From: a virus
Length of the DNA stretch: 60,180 nucleotides
Strand: one strand, 5' to 3'
Virus record (IMG/VR): IMGVR_UViG_3300031965_000029
Location: 1 to 60,180 of that record
Shown: in pieces, positions 52,860 through 60,180 of the stretch
Numbering within the stretch: position 1 is the first letter of the stretch
How the letters are laid out: each line of letters opens with the position of its first letter
Translations under genes and position numbers: made by a program
The notes under the pieces: model-generated
Databases searched by the model: none
Told to the model about the DNA's origin: nothing
The model's input: only the letters and a program-made list of their open reading frames with translations

Positions 52860-53336
52860 ATGAACGACGGCAAAAACTTCTGGACACCGGATAAAATCGA
52901 AGAACTGATCCGGCTGCACAAAAACACTGATCTGACGGCCCGCGAAATCGGAGACCGATTCGGCGTTTCCAAATCAGCCATCATCGGAAAACTGAACCGG
53001 CTCGGCATCAACAGTTCGCACCGGACTCCTGATGACATCGAGGCGGCACGGGAGCAGAAAATCGCTGGACAGCGGGAACGCCGCGCAGAAGCGGCTGCTG
53101 CCCGCGCCAAACTCGAAGCCGATTATGCGAAATCGATTCCGTTGCAGGATCATCCCGCTGGTGGCGGCTGCCGGTTTATCAGCATCGACCCGCGAGACCG
53201 TCCAGAAGGCGTCAGCATCGAAGAAATGTTCTGTGGTCGGCATACGGTTAACGGCACTGATTGGTGCCAGCACCACTACGACCGTGTTTATCAGAAGAAA
53301 CAGCAGCCGACGGTTGCTCATACGGAGGCGGCGTGA
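52860..53336 (+). CDS. gcrA: GcrA-like cell-cycle transcription regulator
   Basis: N-terminal WTPDKIEELIRLHKNTDLTAREIGDRFGVSKSAIIGKLNRLG and C-terminal CRF...FCGRHTVNGTDWCQHHYDRVY match the GcrA family layout. Confidence 0.8.
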   Translation: MNDGKNFWTPDKIEELIRLHKNTDLTAREIGDRFGVSKSAIIGKLNRLGINSSHRTPDDIEAAREQKIAGQRERRAEAAAARAKLEADYAKSIPLQDHPAGGGCRFISIDPRDRPEGVSIEEMFCGRHTVNGTDWCQHHYDRVYQKKQQPTVAHTEAA

Positions 53337-53563
53337 TGGCGAAGAAGAATAAGGAGTGCGCGGTGGACCAGCCAAGATTGAGCGGTCCGATGCCGTTAGA
53401 TGTGGAATTTCAGGCGCTACACAGCCCAATGGTGATACTGGACAATAAAACCGCTGCTATGTGGGACGCGCCGGATACCTACACCCCAGTCGATCCCTTC
53501 GCCAACCCCAACCGTGTCGGGCTGCTGACGCTGGCGCGGTCTATCCTTGGCACGGCACGATGA
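53336..53563 (+). CDS. hypothetical protein (75 aa)
   Basis: ATG shares one base with the gcrA-like stop (TGATG). Confidence 0.5.
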   Translation: MAKKNKECAVDQPRLSGPMPLDVEFQALHSPMVILDNKTAAMWDAPDTYTPVDPFANPNRVGLLTLARSILGTAR

Positions 53564-53796
53564 GCGAAGCCATCCAAAACATCAACGAACACCTATCTGA
53601 AATCTGCGACCGTCTCGATTCCGACATCAAGGATGTTGCCGGTGTTCCCATGAACTTCACGCTGTTTGTTTGGGATAAGGAACAGTGGACTTATCTCTCG
53701 ACATCTCCGGATAAAAACGTGATCGACGCGCTTCGCATGATGATCGATCATTGGGAGAAATCAGAAGCCGATGCTCCTGAACTTAAATACCTGTGA
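53560..53796 (+). CDS. hypothetical protein (78 aa)
   Basis: ATGA-coupled start at 53560. Confidence 0.5.
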   Translation: MSEAIQNINEHLSEICDRLDSDIKDVAGVPMNFTLFVWDKEQWTYLSTSPDKNVIDALRMMIDHWEKSEADAPELKYL

Positions 53797-53807
53797 TGCA
53801 ACCGCGC

Positions 53808-55634
53808 TTACTGCCCACCACCAAGAATCGAACTCAACAGGGTATCGCCGCCCACGGGAGTATCCGAGGCGATCTTCGCGGCTTGAACACCGGCCATCGT
53901 CGTCGGCAACACCTGGGCCTGCGCCTTCCCGCTCTGTGCGGCCTGATCGTTGTCCGCAATTTCCTGATCCGTGAACAGGGCGCTCTCCGGGAAGTCCAAC
54001 GACTGAGCATACAGCCTGATCGACTTATCCAGATTCAAGATACGCATCGGGTCCGGCAACCCTGCCGCCTTAGCCGCTGCCGACATCGAACCCGCCGTTG
54101 CCAGCACATCCTTCATGGCGACACCCTCGGACGCGGCCTGCGCGATACGCATAATCGAGACATACGCGATTTTCAGCGGCGTCCTACGGATGGACTCCGG
54201 CATCGGTTTCAGCAACCGACGGCGCTCCATGATCGCCAAGGAACGCTTAATCGCTGGGGCCGCGAACTCATTCTCGAACCGATCAATAAACGGACCCAGA
54301 ACCTGTAGCTTCTCCAGATCGCGCTTCGTGATCTCCATTTCGTTGCGGGGCTGGATACCCTGCATTCTGGTGATCGCCATGAACGCATCGACGAACAGGG
54401 CGCGGTTGATCCGTTCCGAAACACCGGCGATGTCCTGAATCAATCCCTGGAGCCACTGAGCATGGACCTCGATCAGAGGCCAGAACCCCTTTTTCCCCTG
54501 ATCCTGCGAGACGTATGTAATCATCCCCGGCATGATCGATGCCGGTTCGTTCTTCAATTCAGGATCGGCACCCATCGGTGGGCGGACGCCCTTCTCAATG
54601 AACTCGGCCTTCCGAAACGTCTCCTGCTGAATCTGTTTGGTATCGCCCAAGGCATCCATGCAGGGGCTGCGGCCATAGGCGTCATTCGACACCGTTGACC
54701 AACGGGCCACAAAGAACGGACGCTCCTTGAACCCGCGCTTCGATAACGGACGCTCCGACTTCCGGCCCTTGAGCCAGTAAATCTCGCGGTACGTGAACTC
54801 AGCAGGCAGAATATCAAGCTGCTTCGCCGTTCCTTTGGCCCTGGTCTTAATCGGGAAATTCGGCTCAATGGCATGGGCCACCACAAACTCAGAGTCCAGC
54901 GAACCGCCGCCCTGTTCCCACAACGTCTGGACTTCTTTGGGACAGCTTTCCAAGCCGAACTGCTCCACAATCTGCAACACCGTCAGCGTGAACTCGCGGT
55001 ACAGGGTATCGACATCGAGACGGGATGACGCGCCCAAGAAATACTCCCCGGCGCAGGGCAGGTAGCAGCGCAGCGCATCCTCCGAGTCCTCATACATAAT
55101 AACCGGGGCGGTTCCGAAAACGGTCACATCCTCGAACGCCTGCGCCATGATTGTATAAAAATTCGATTGGTGCAGCACCGTTGCCAGACGGCGTTGCGTA
55201 TCCTCCAGCCATTCCTTGCCCTCGGCGTCAATCTCCATCCACGGCAGCGCCGGTTCCAGACCGAACCAAGGCCGTGATGGGTTCGTCAGTCCCGAATACA
55301 TCCCGGTGGCGCAGATACGAACGGCAAGCTGGCCCGTGGAATCAATAATTGAGTCGTTAATCGGGCGCCCACGGTTCATGTTGTTGGCAACTACGAACCA
55401 TTTGTACCGCCTCGGCACGAAAAACTCGGCCAGCACCGCCCAGTGCGCCCACCACGTCCAGCGCCAGTTTCTCAGATTGTTCATCCGTGATTCCAGATGA
55501 ACGAATGTCGGGTTCCAGGCTTCTTCGTCGGCATACTTACGGGGGCTGACCGTCAGCGGTTGCGCCGCCAGAAATGATGCACCCATTTCTTCATAGGCGG
55601 CTGTATCAAACTTAGCGGCAGAACCGTCGGCCAT
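53808..55634 (-). CDS. Portal protein (T7 gp8-like head-to-tail connector)
   Basis: 608 aa. AYGRSPCMDALGDTKQIQQETFRKAEFIEKG parallels the remembered T7 gp8 sequence SYGRSYIEEYLGDLRSLENLQEAIVKMS. Confidence 0.8.
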   Translation of the reverse strand: MADGSAAKFDTAAYEEMGASFLAAQPLTVSPRKYADEEAWNPTFVHLESRMNNLRNWRWTWWAHWAVLAEFFVPRRYKWFVVANNMNRGRPINDSIIDSTGQLAVRICATGMYSGLTNPSRPWFGLEPALPWMEIDAEGKEWLEDTQRRLATVLHQSNFYTIMAQAFEDVTVFGTAPVIMYEDSEDALRCYLPCAGEYFLGASSRLDVDTLYREFTLTVLQIVEQFGLESCPKEVQTLWEQGGGSLDSEFVVAHAIEPNFPIKTRAKGTAKQLDILPAEFTYREIYWLKGRKSERPLSKRGFKERPFFVARWSTVSNDAYGRSPCMDALGDTKQIQQETFRKAEFIEKGVRPPMGADPELKNEPASIMPGMITYVSQDQGKKGFWPLIEVHAQWLQGLIQDIAGVSERINRALFVDAFMAITRMQGIQPRNEMEITKRDLEKLQVLGPFIDRFENEFAAPAIKRSLAIMERRRLLKPMPESIRRTPLKIAYVSIMRIAQAASEGVAMKDVLATAGSMSAAAKAAGLPDPMRILNLDKSIRLYAQSLDFPESALFTDQEIADNDQAAQSGKAQAQVLPTTMAGVQAAKIASDTPVGGDTLLSSILGGGQ

Positions 55635-55870
55635 TACTTCTCACCGCTCAGGAGAGATTTCCCGGCGGTCTGGAAGTCCTTGCCCATACCACCAGATTTC
55701 GATTTCAAGGTATCCGAATAGGAACCAGCCGCCGCAGCCTGAGCCGCGCGTTGCTGTGCTGAACCAGCCTGTTTAACGAGACCAGACGCCATTACCGGGG
55801 GATTAGCTGGAGCCAAAGGAGGTGGCGGCGGTGGCGGCGCAGCAGTGGTACTGGGTGCCATAAATCCCAT
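55634..55870 (-). CDS. hypothetical Pro/Ala-rich protein (78 aa)
   Basis: ORF track; its stop overlaps the portal ATG. Confidence 0.5.
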   Translation of the reverse strand: MGFMAPSTTAAPPPPPPPLAPANPPVMASGLVKQAGSAQQRAAQAAAAGSYSDTLKSKSGGMGKDFQTAGKSLLSGEK

Positions 55871-56179
55871 TTAAGATACTCCGTTCCAGATCAATGAAAA
55901 ACCAGCAAGAACACCAATGATCTGGGATGCCAGCATGACCCCAGACGTGAATCGGTTGGCGCCAAACTGCATATACCACGCATACCCAAGGAATGTGATG
56001 CCCATAGCGGCAATGGACAGGACCATAGGGATAAAATACCCCAGCATCAAACCAGCGATGGCCGTGAACGACAGGTACAGAGCGGAATTGATAATCGCTC
56101 CAACAGCCATGACAACCTGACTTTTGGTCCAATCTTCCATTATTTCAGCACTCCGTTTGGAAAACAGTCCTATAAACAT
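55871..56179 (-). CDS. small three-helix membrane protein
   Basis: VVMAVGAIINSALYLSFTAIAGLMLGYFIPMVLSIAAMGITFLGYAW... The ORF-track start at 56203 is TTG; ATGs are at 56179 and 56140. Confidence 0.5.
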   Translation of the reverse strand: MFIGLFSKRSAEIMEDWTKSQVVMAVGAIINSALYLSFTAIAGLMLGYFIPMVLSIAAMGITFLGYAWYMQFGANRFTSGVMLASQIIGVLAGFSLIWNGVS

Positions 56180-56213
56180 GCCCCCAACCCGTTGGCGTGT
56201 CAAGACCTAGAGA

Positions 56214-56289
56214 TGGAGCCCCCGGCAGGAATCGAACCCGCGACTTCCTGATTACAAATCAGGCGCTCTTCCAACTAAGCTACGAGGGC
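56214..56289 (-). tRNA. tRNA-Thr (anticodon UGU), CCA encoded
   Basis: Reverse complement folds as GCCCTCG-TA-GCTT-AGTTGGAA-GAGC-G-CCTGA-TTTGTAA-TCAGG-AAGTC-GCGGG-TTCGATT-CCTGC-CGGGGGC-T-CCA. Confidence 0.85.
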
Positions 56290-56456
56290 AATAATTCTCC
56301 GGTTTCGTATTTTTCCCGGAAATCCATGGCGTTATGGACGAAGACGCCTTCATCGTCAACAGGCCTGCACCAGCAATCAGGCCGAGCCTCATGGTCCCGC
56401 AGGTCGGCCACGGGCATGACGTGATAATTGAGGCAGATCGTTTTATCGGTCATCAT
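56280..56456 (-). CDS. small Cys/His protein (58 aa)
   Basis: GGAGG SD before ATG 56456. MMTDKTICLNYHVMPVADLRDHEARPDCWCRP... The last 10 nt overlap the 5' end of tRNA-Thr. Confidence 0.45.
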   Translation of the reverse strand: MMTDKTICLNYHVMPVADLRDHEARPDCWCRPVDDEGVFVHNAMDFREKYETGELLPS

Positions 56457-56781
56457 GAGCCTCCGTCTCCATCCACGACGCAACCGACGCCAAGTACCCA
56501 AGCGCCGAGGCGTATCCTTCTTCGCCGTCGTGGCCCTCGCGGCCAAGCCGCTCCATCACATCCGCAACACCATACCCGGATTGCAGCAGCAACGACAGCA
56601 TGACGCAGGCATCATCCATCAAGCTATCCATCGCGGAGCCAATTTTCAGGCCCCTGACGAATATCTCGCGCGCCCTGGCGGCATCATCGAACCCAACCGA
56701 TACGATCCATGCAGCACCGCCCCATTCGGCGGTCTGGCTGATCTGGCGTCGGCGGTTCGGCAACTTCACACGGGTCGTCAT
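56443..56781 (-). CDS. hypothetical protein resembling a C-terminal segment of class II ribonucleotide reductases
   Basis: KLPNRRRQISQTAEW...IVSVGFDD...REIFVRGLKIGSAMDSLMDDACVMLSLLLQSG follows the remembered NrdJ pattern LPxRRxxxT...vG...GEIF...K.GS....l..DA...iSl.LQ.G. GGAGGG SD; ATG lies 1 nt after the terL stop. Confidence 0.35.
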   Translation of the reverse strand: MTTRVKLPNRRRQISQTAEWGGAAWIVSVGFDDAARAREIFVRGLKIGSAMDSLMDDACVMLSLLLQSGYGVADVMERLGREGHDGEEGYASALGYLASVASWMETEAHDDR

Positions 56782-56782
56782 A

Positions 56783-59374
56783 TCACCACCCTCCATTCCC
56801 TGTTGGCGTCTCCATTTCCCGAAACGGGTTGTAATCGTCGGAGACGGCCTTGTTCCCGTAACGACGCACCTTATCCGTCTTCGGCGCCACCGGGGCCGCG
56901 AACGTCAGAATCGCCGCATCCATCTCGTCGGGGCTGTACCCGATCTTCCTCTTGACATTATCCTTCGGCTCGATCAGAACCCGGTCCTTACGGAAAATAT
57001 ATGTGGTCTGCGTCAGCGCCGCCGCCAAACGATCATCGTTCGGGATGGCCCCGCCGCGCTTAATCCAGTCCACCATCTCGAACATCATCTCGGTGCGCTT
57101 ATTAACGTACCGTTCCGTTTTCAGAGCCGTCTCGTTGAAATGTATCCCCACCGGGGCGTGGCCCAGCACCTTCAACTGGTCGATCCATCCCGCACCAAAC
57201 CCGCCGGTGCTATCCACAAACGTCGCATCGGCCTTGAACTCGGTCCATTCCCGCGCCACCAGTGACGCACCTTGGATGCTGTCGATATTCCTGTATTTCG
57301 AGAACGGGTACATCTGGAGCCCACGACGCCGCGAGATAATCGAGAAATCCAGCCCATCACGGGCGACATCAACACCCAATATCCGCGCCGTATTCACCAA
57401 CTCAAATTCCCGGTACATCCGGTTCATCGAGGCCCTGACTTCATCCATCGAGATCAGGGAGTTGAAATTCTGTGACGGGAACTGTCCAAGGATGTTCACC
57501 ATGACATACGGATCGTCGCGGCCATACTGTTCGATCTGCTGTCTAGCATATTCCACGGGAATACGCGGCGTCCGCAACGGGTCATCTGGATCAGCCGTGA
57601 TCCTGGCGACATGCCACAAATCCTTAGCCACCGTACAGGCCCGATACAGTGGACCGTCCAGTTTCAACGGGTTCCCCGCCATCACGATATGGGCTTCCTT
57701 CGGAGACGACGCGAAAATGTTCTCGCACACCGGCAGCACCGAGTTCGGGTAATCGCCGGTTTCATCCAGCACCCACATGATGTAATCCGTATGCGGGCCG
57801 CGCAGGGCACTACCAATCGCGGTTGGATCAGCATCCTTCGCCCATGTCCGGGCCTCCAGCTTCCACGTCGCCGGGGACTGACGATACGCTATATACGTCT
57901 TCGTCATGTCGAACAGTTTCTTCAATAACTCCGACTTCTCGTAGAGACGAGCCAGTTCCGTCCACAGCCCCGATGCAAGGTTGTCCTTCGTAATCGAGGT
58001 TACGCCGATCCAGCAATTTGGCCGCGTCAACAGGAAGTTCCAGCACAGAACGGCGAGCGTCCAGCTATTATGGGTAACAATAAAATCGTTGGTCAGGTAG
58101 CAGTGCGACGGATGCTCAACCGTAATACACATCGCGTCTGAGGGATCAACAGCCGTGATGTTATCAATATAACGCGTTAAATATCGTTCCTGGGGATAAC
58201 TCCACCGCACTGCTTTACGGGTGACATAAAACGGATTAAATGGCAGCGTCACCGTGACACGATGGCACGGCAGGCCAGCAATTTTTTCGCGGGTCTGAGG
58301 GTGACGGTAAAACGGCATCTTGATCTTACGCCGTCTCGCTACACCACCAAGCGACCGAACCAGCCATTCGACATCTTCAACCAATCGTTCCGAGGTCACG
58401 TCAAACGACATGCTGCCATCATCGGCAATTGATCCATCGGTGTCCATGAGCCCGCGCAGCACGTCCATTCTGACCTGCTCCGGCGCCCGCTTATATTCAT
58501 CGGGGACGAATCGGTACGGACTACCAAGATGCACCAAGTCCATGGCGCGCAACTTAGCCACCAGACCGTACATGGTTACAGTCTTTCCGCTGGGCGATCT
58601 GCGGACCTTAAAACCACGGCGCTGAATCTCGGCATCAATCTCACGGTCTTGCCACGATCCCGTCGCATTTAGGCGGCAGCCGTCGCCAAGCCATACACCA
58701 AGAACATACGGGTCCAGAGGCAGATCACGGTAGGGATAAAATACCACACCCTGACGCGGTATCTCGAACTGACGGCGGTTTCCGTCTTTCAGCTTGTTGC
58801 GCTCAATGATTTGTTCCGTGTTCAGAACCGAATAACCGTCCCTGGGCGTTGGTGTATAACCACGCTCGATACAGCGTTTTTCGCCAACCGCGCTCCAGGT
58901 TCCGTTCTCATATGCCTTGAAGTGTCTCCGCTCCGTTCTCCCCCTAACCTTCCAGAGATGTTCGCCACAGGCCAGCGTCGAGGTGCCGTCGCAAAACTCC
59001 ACCCTATACATCGGTCTCACACCACGGGGATGGACCGCGACAACCCGCGTCGGCATCCCGTCATCGGCAAATACCCGGTCTCCGACACAGATATCTCCGA
59101 ACCGGCGTTTTCCGTCCGGGGTTTCGATGACCAAATCTACGGGCTGGGCTTTACCCGGCCCAGCACATGCCGCCATCGCGATCCTCGGAGAGGTCCGAAA
59201 TACCCGGAAAACCTCCATCTGCCACGCATCAGGTTCGGTCTGCCACAGATCACGGCACATATCCGATGGATCAAGATACCAGCGACGGAATATCTCGATC
59301 TGCTGCGCCTGCACCGCCGCTGGGTCAGCAGCGCGCGCCATTCGGGCCGGTTTTTTAGCGGGTTTCTTCGTCAT
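56783..59374 (-). CDS. terL: Terminase large subunit, intein-containing precursor
   Basis: Walker A CAGPGK / S is interrupted by 361 aa. Walker B DYIMWVLDETG. A nuclease-type C-terminal half follows. Confidence 0.85.
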   Translation of the reverse strand: MTKKPAKKPARMARAADPAAVQAQQIEIFRRWYLDPSDMCRDLWQTEPDAWQMEVFRVFRTSPRIAMAACAGPGKAQPVDLVIETPDGKRRFGDICVGDRVFADDGMPTRVVAVHPRGVRPMYRVEFCDGTSTLACGEHLWKVRGRTERRHFKAYENGTWSAVGEKRCIERGYTPTPRDGYSVLNTEQIIERNKLKDGNRRQFEIPRQGVVFYPYRDLPLDPYVLGVWLGDGCRLNATGSWQDREIDAEIQRRGFKVRRSPSGKTVTMYGLVAKLRAMDLVHLGSPYRFVPDEYKRAPEQVRMDVLRGLMDTDGSIADDGSMSFDVTSERLVEDVEWLVRSLGGVARRRKIKMPFYRHPQTREKIAGLPCHRVTVTLPFNPFYVTRKAVRWSYPQERYLTRYIDNITAVDPSDAMCITVEHPSHCYLTNDFIVTHNSWTLAVLCWNFLLTRPNCWIGVTSITKDNLASGLWTELARLYEKSELLKKLFDMTKTYIAYRQSPATWKLEARTWAKDADPTAIGSALRGPHTDYIMWVLDETGDYPNSVLPVCENIFASSPKEAHIVMAGNPLKLDGPLYRACTVAKDLWHVARITADPDDPLRTPRIPVEYARQQIEQYGRDDPYVMVNILGQFPSQNFNSLISMDEVRASMNRMYREFELVNTARILGVDVARDGLDFSIISRRRGLQMYPFSKYRNIDSIQGASLVAREWTEFKADATFVDSTGGFGAGWIDQLKVLGHAPVGIHFNETALKTERYVNKRTEMMFEMVDWIKRGGAIPNDDRLAAALTQTTYIFRKDRVLIEPKDNVKRKIGYSPDEMDAAILTFAAPVAPKTDKVRRYGNKAVSDDYNPFREMETPTGNGGW
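58067..59149 (-). mobile_element. Intein with LAGLIDADG homing-endonuclease domain and class-3 hallmarks (Ala1, Trp-B12, Cys-F4, Thr-G5) in the TerL P-loop
   Basis: Starts AQPVDLVIETPDG after GPGK and ends NDFIVTHN before +1 Ser. Block B GTSTLACGEHLW. Block F DAMCITVE. LAGLIDADG motifs VLGVWLGDGCR and LRGLMDTDGSI. Boundaries were checked at the codon level. Confidence 0.8.
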
Positions 59375-59450
59375 CAGTCCGCGATCATATCTATGTCAAC
59401 ACATCATTATATCCGGGGCGCGCGCGGCGTCAATCCGGGCACTTTCAGCG

Positions 59451-59792
59451 TCACCGGGAACCCCCGACACGCCCTGCCCGAACCATCGCAGCGTACAGCC
59501 CTGCCCAACCCAGAATCGGGTCACGCTCCGACGACAGACGGCCTGCATCAATAATCCCCTCCGTCGCATCAACCGGCACCACGGCAAGGCCGCGCGCAGC
59601 CAGCGCAGCGAACACCGCAACGGCCTCAGAGTGGGCAACCCAGACATGCTCGGTGTCAACCTGTTCGTTAAACTCACCCAGAGAGCCATACATATCTGGA
59701 TCGCAGTCGTAGAACCGGGCTTTCAGTATCGCACGGGCTACAGCCTCGATGGCAGCGTCAGCCTGCTTCGCAGCGTCATTCATCCCAACCAT
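59451..59792 (-). CDS. hypothetical protein (113 aa)
   Basis: ORF track; alternative ATG at 59783. Confidence 0.55.
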   Translation of the reverse strand: MVGMNDAAKQADAAIEAVARAILKARFYDCDPDMYGSLGEFNEQVDTEHVWVAHSEAVAVFAALAARGLAVVPVDATEGIIDAGRLSSERDPILGWAGLYAAMVRAGRVGGSR

Positions 59793-59991
59793 CCGCCTTG
59801 CACTCCGCGATCAACGCCGCTGTGTCCTGCTTCAACTCAGCCTTATCATCCGCATAACGAACCGCGTTCCACGCACCGCCGTCCAGTGCGCCCCATCTCT
59901 TTACCAGCGCCAGCAACTCGCCGTTCAGCGCACGCAGCCGCTCGATTTCAGCCAGATCAGCCGCCCAACCCGTATTGCTACCATCTTCCAT
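59776..59991 (-). CDS. hypothetical protein (71 aa)
   Basis: AAGGAGGG SD before ATG 59991. The ORF-track extension to 60150 runs into the terminal duplication. Confidence 0.55.
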   Translation of the reverse strand: MEDGSNTGWAADLAEIERLRALNGELLALVKRWGALDGGAWNAVRYADDKAELKQDTAALIAECKADGWDE

Positions 59992-60061
59992 GAGACCCTC
60001 CTTAATCCATTCCACCAACACTACCACCGCTCCAGGTGCTGTCAACACATATTCACCATAA

Positions 60062-60180
60062 ATACCGATTTTATACGGGTTCCGAAATTTAGGCGCCACG
60101 CGGGAGAGGGTAGGTACTCCTATACGAAGACGGGGGGGCGGTCCCCCCAAGGTGGGGGTGCGGGCGCGCGGTGGGGTAAG
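60062..60180. repeat. Right copy of the exact 119-bp end duplication
   Basis: Identical to bases 1-119. Confidence 0.95.

Noticed and set aside
59992-60150. N-terminal extension of the 59776-60150 ORF
   Set aside because: The extension runs into the duplicated 119-bp end and the G/C-tract region. ATG 59991 has a strong AAGGAGGG SD.

Overview
The window is one complete tailed-phage genome unit of 60,061 bp. Bases 1-119 recur exactly at 60062-60180, so the contig is circularly closed or terminally redundant. Coding density is high, with many ATGA-type coupled junctions.

Modules:
1. Rightward early/accessory operon, about 4.8-13.4 kb: two XRE-type HTH proteins, ASCH, DUF1643, a pentapeptide-repeat protein, a DnaA-domain-IV-like protein, and a 35-unit tetrapeptide-repeat protein with a DUF6745-like C-terminus.
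2. Leftward replication operon, 20.16 to 13.4 kb, starting at a Cro-like gene: a DEAH helicase split by a LAGLIDADG intein, a Fic protein, a VRR-NUC nuclease, and a CHC2-Toprim-VirE primase/helicase.
3. Rightward recombination operon, 20.27-22.8 kb: YqaJ exonuclease, RecT, tRNA-Pro(UGG).
4. Short leftward operon, 25.04 to 23.2 kb, with a small N6-adenine methyltransferase, followed by a lone rightward class-3 lipase gene.
5. Leftward late operon of about 34 kb, 59.4 to 25.7 kb. In order it holds TerL (split by a second intein with class-3 hallmarks), tRNA-Thr(UGU), a T7 gp8-like portal, scaffold and major capsid protein. These are followed by a block of small acidic proteins, an O-antigen-ligase-like membrane protein, fibre-like proteins and three tandem T7 gp11-like adaptor paralogs. 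The operon ends with a 1305-aa gp12-like nozzle, large internal virion proteins (one with an SLT domain) and a lysis cassette.

A reverse-oriented island at 52.28-53.80 kb interrupts the late operon. It carries an excisionase-like HTH gene, a tRNA-like element with a defective anticodon loop, and a GcrA-like regulator. TerS (3258-3893) lies about 4 kb from TerL, separated by an HNH-like gene, an opposite-strand cassette and two GC-rich repeat-bearing non-coding blocks.

No DNA polymerase, RNA polymerase, integrase, CRISPR array or reverse transcriptase was recognised. The GcrA-like gene suggests an alphaproteobacterial host. All functional calls rest on motifs read from the supplied translations and remembered family signatures. 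No database search was run.
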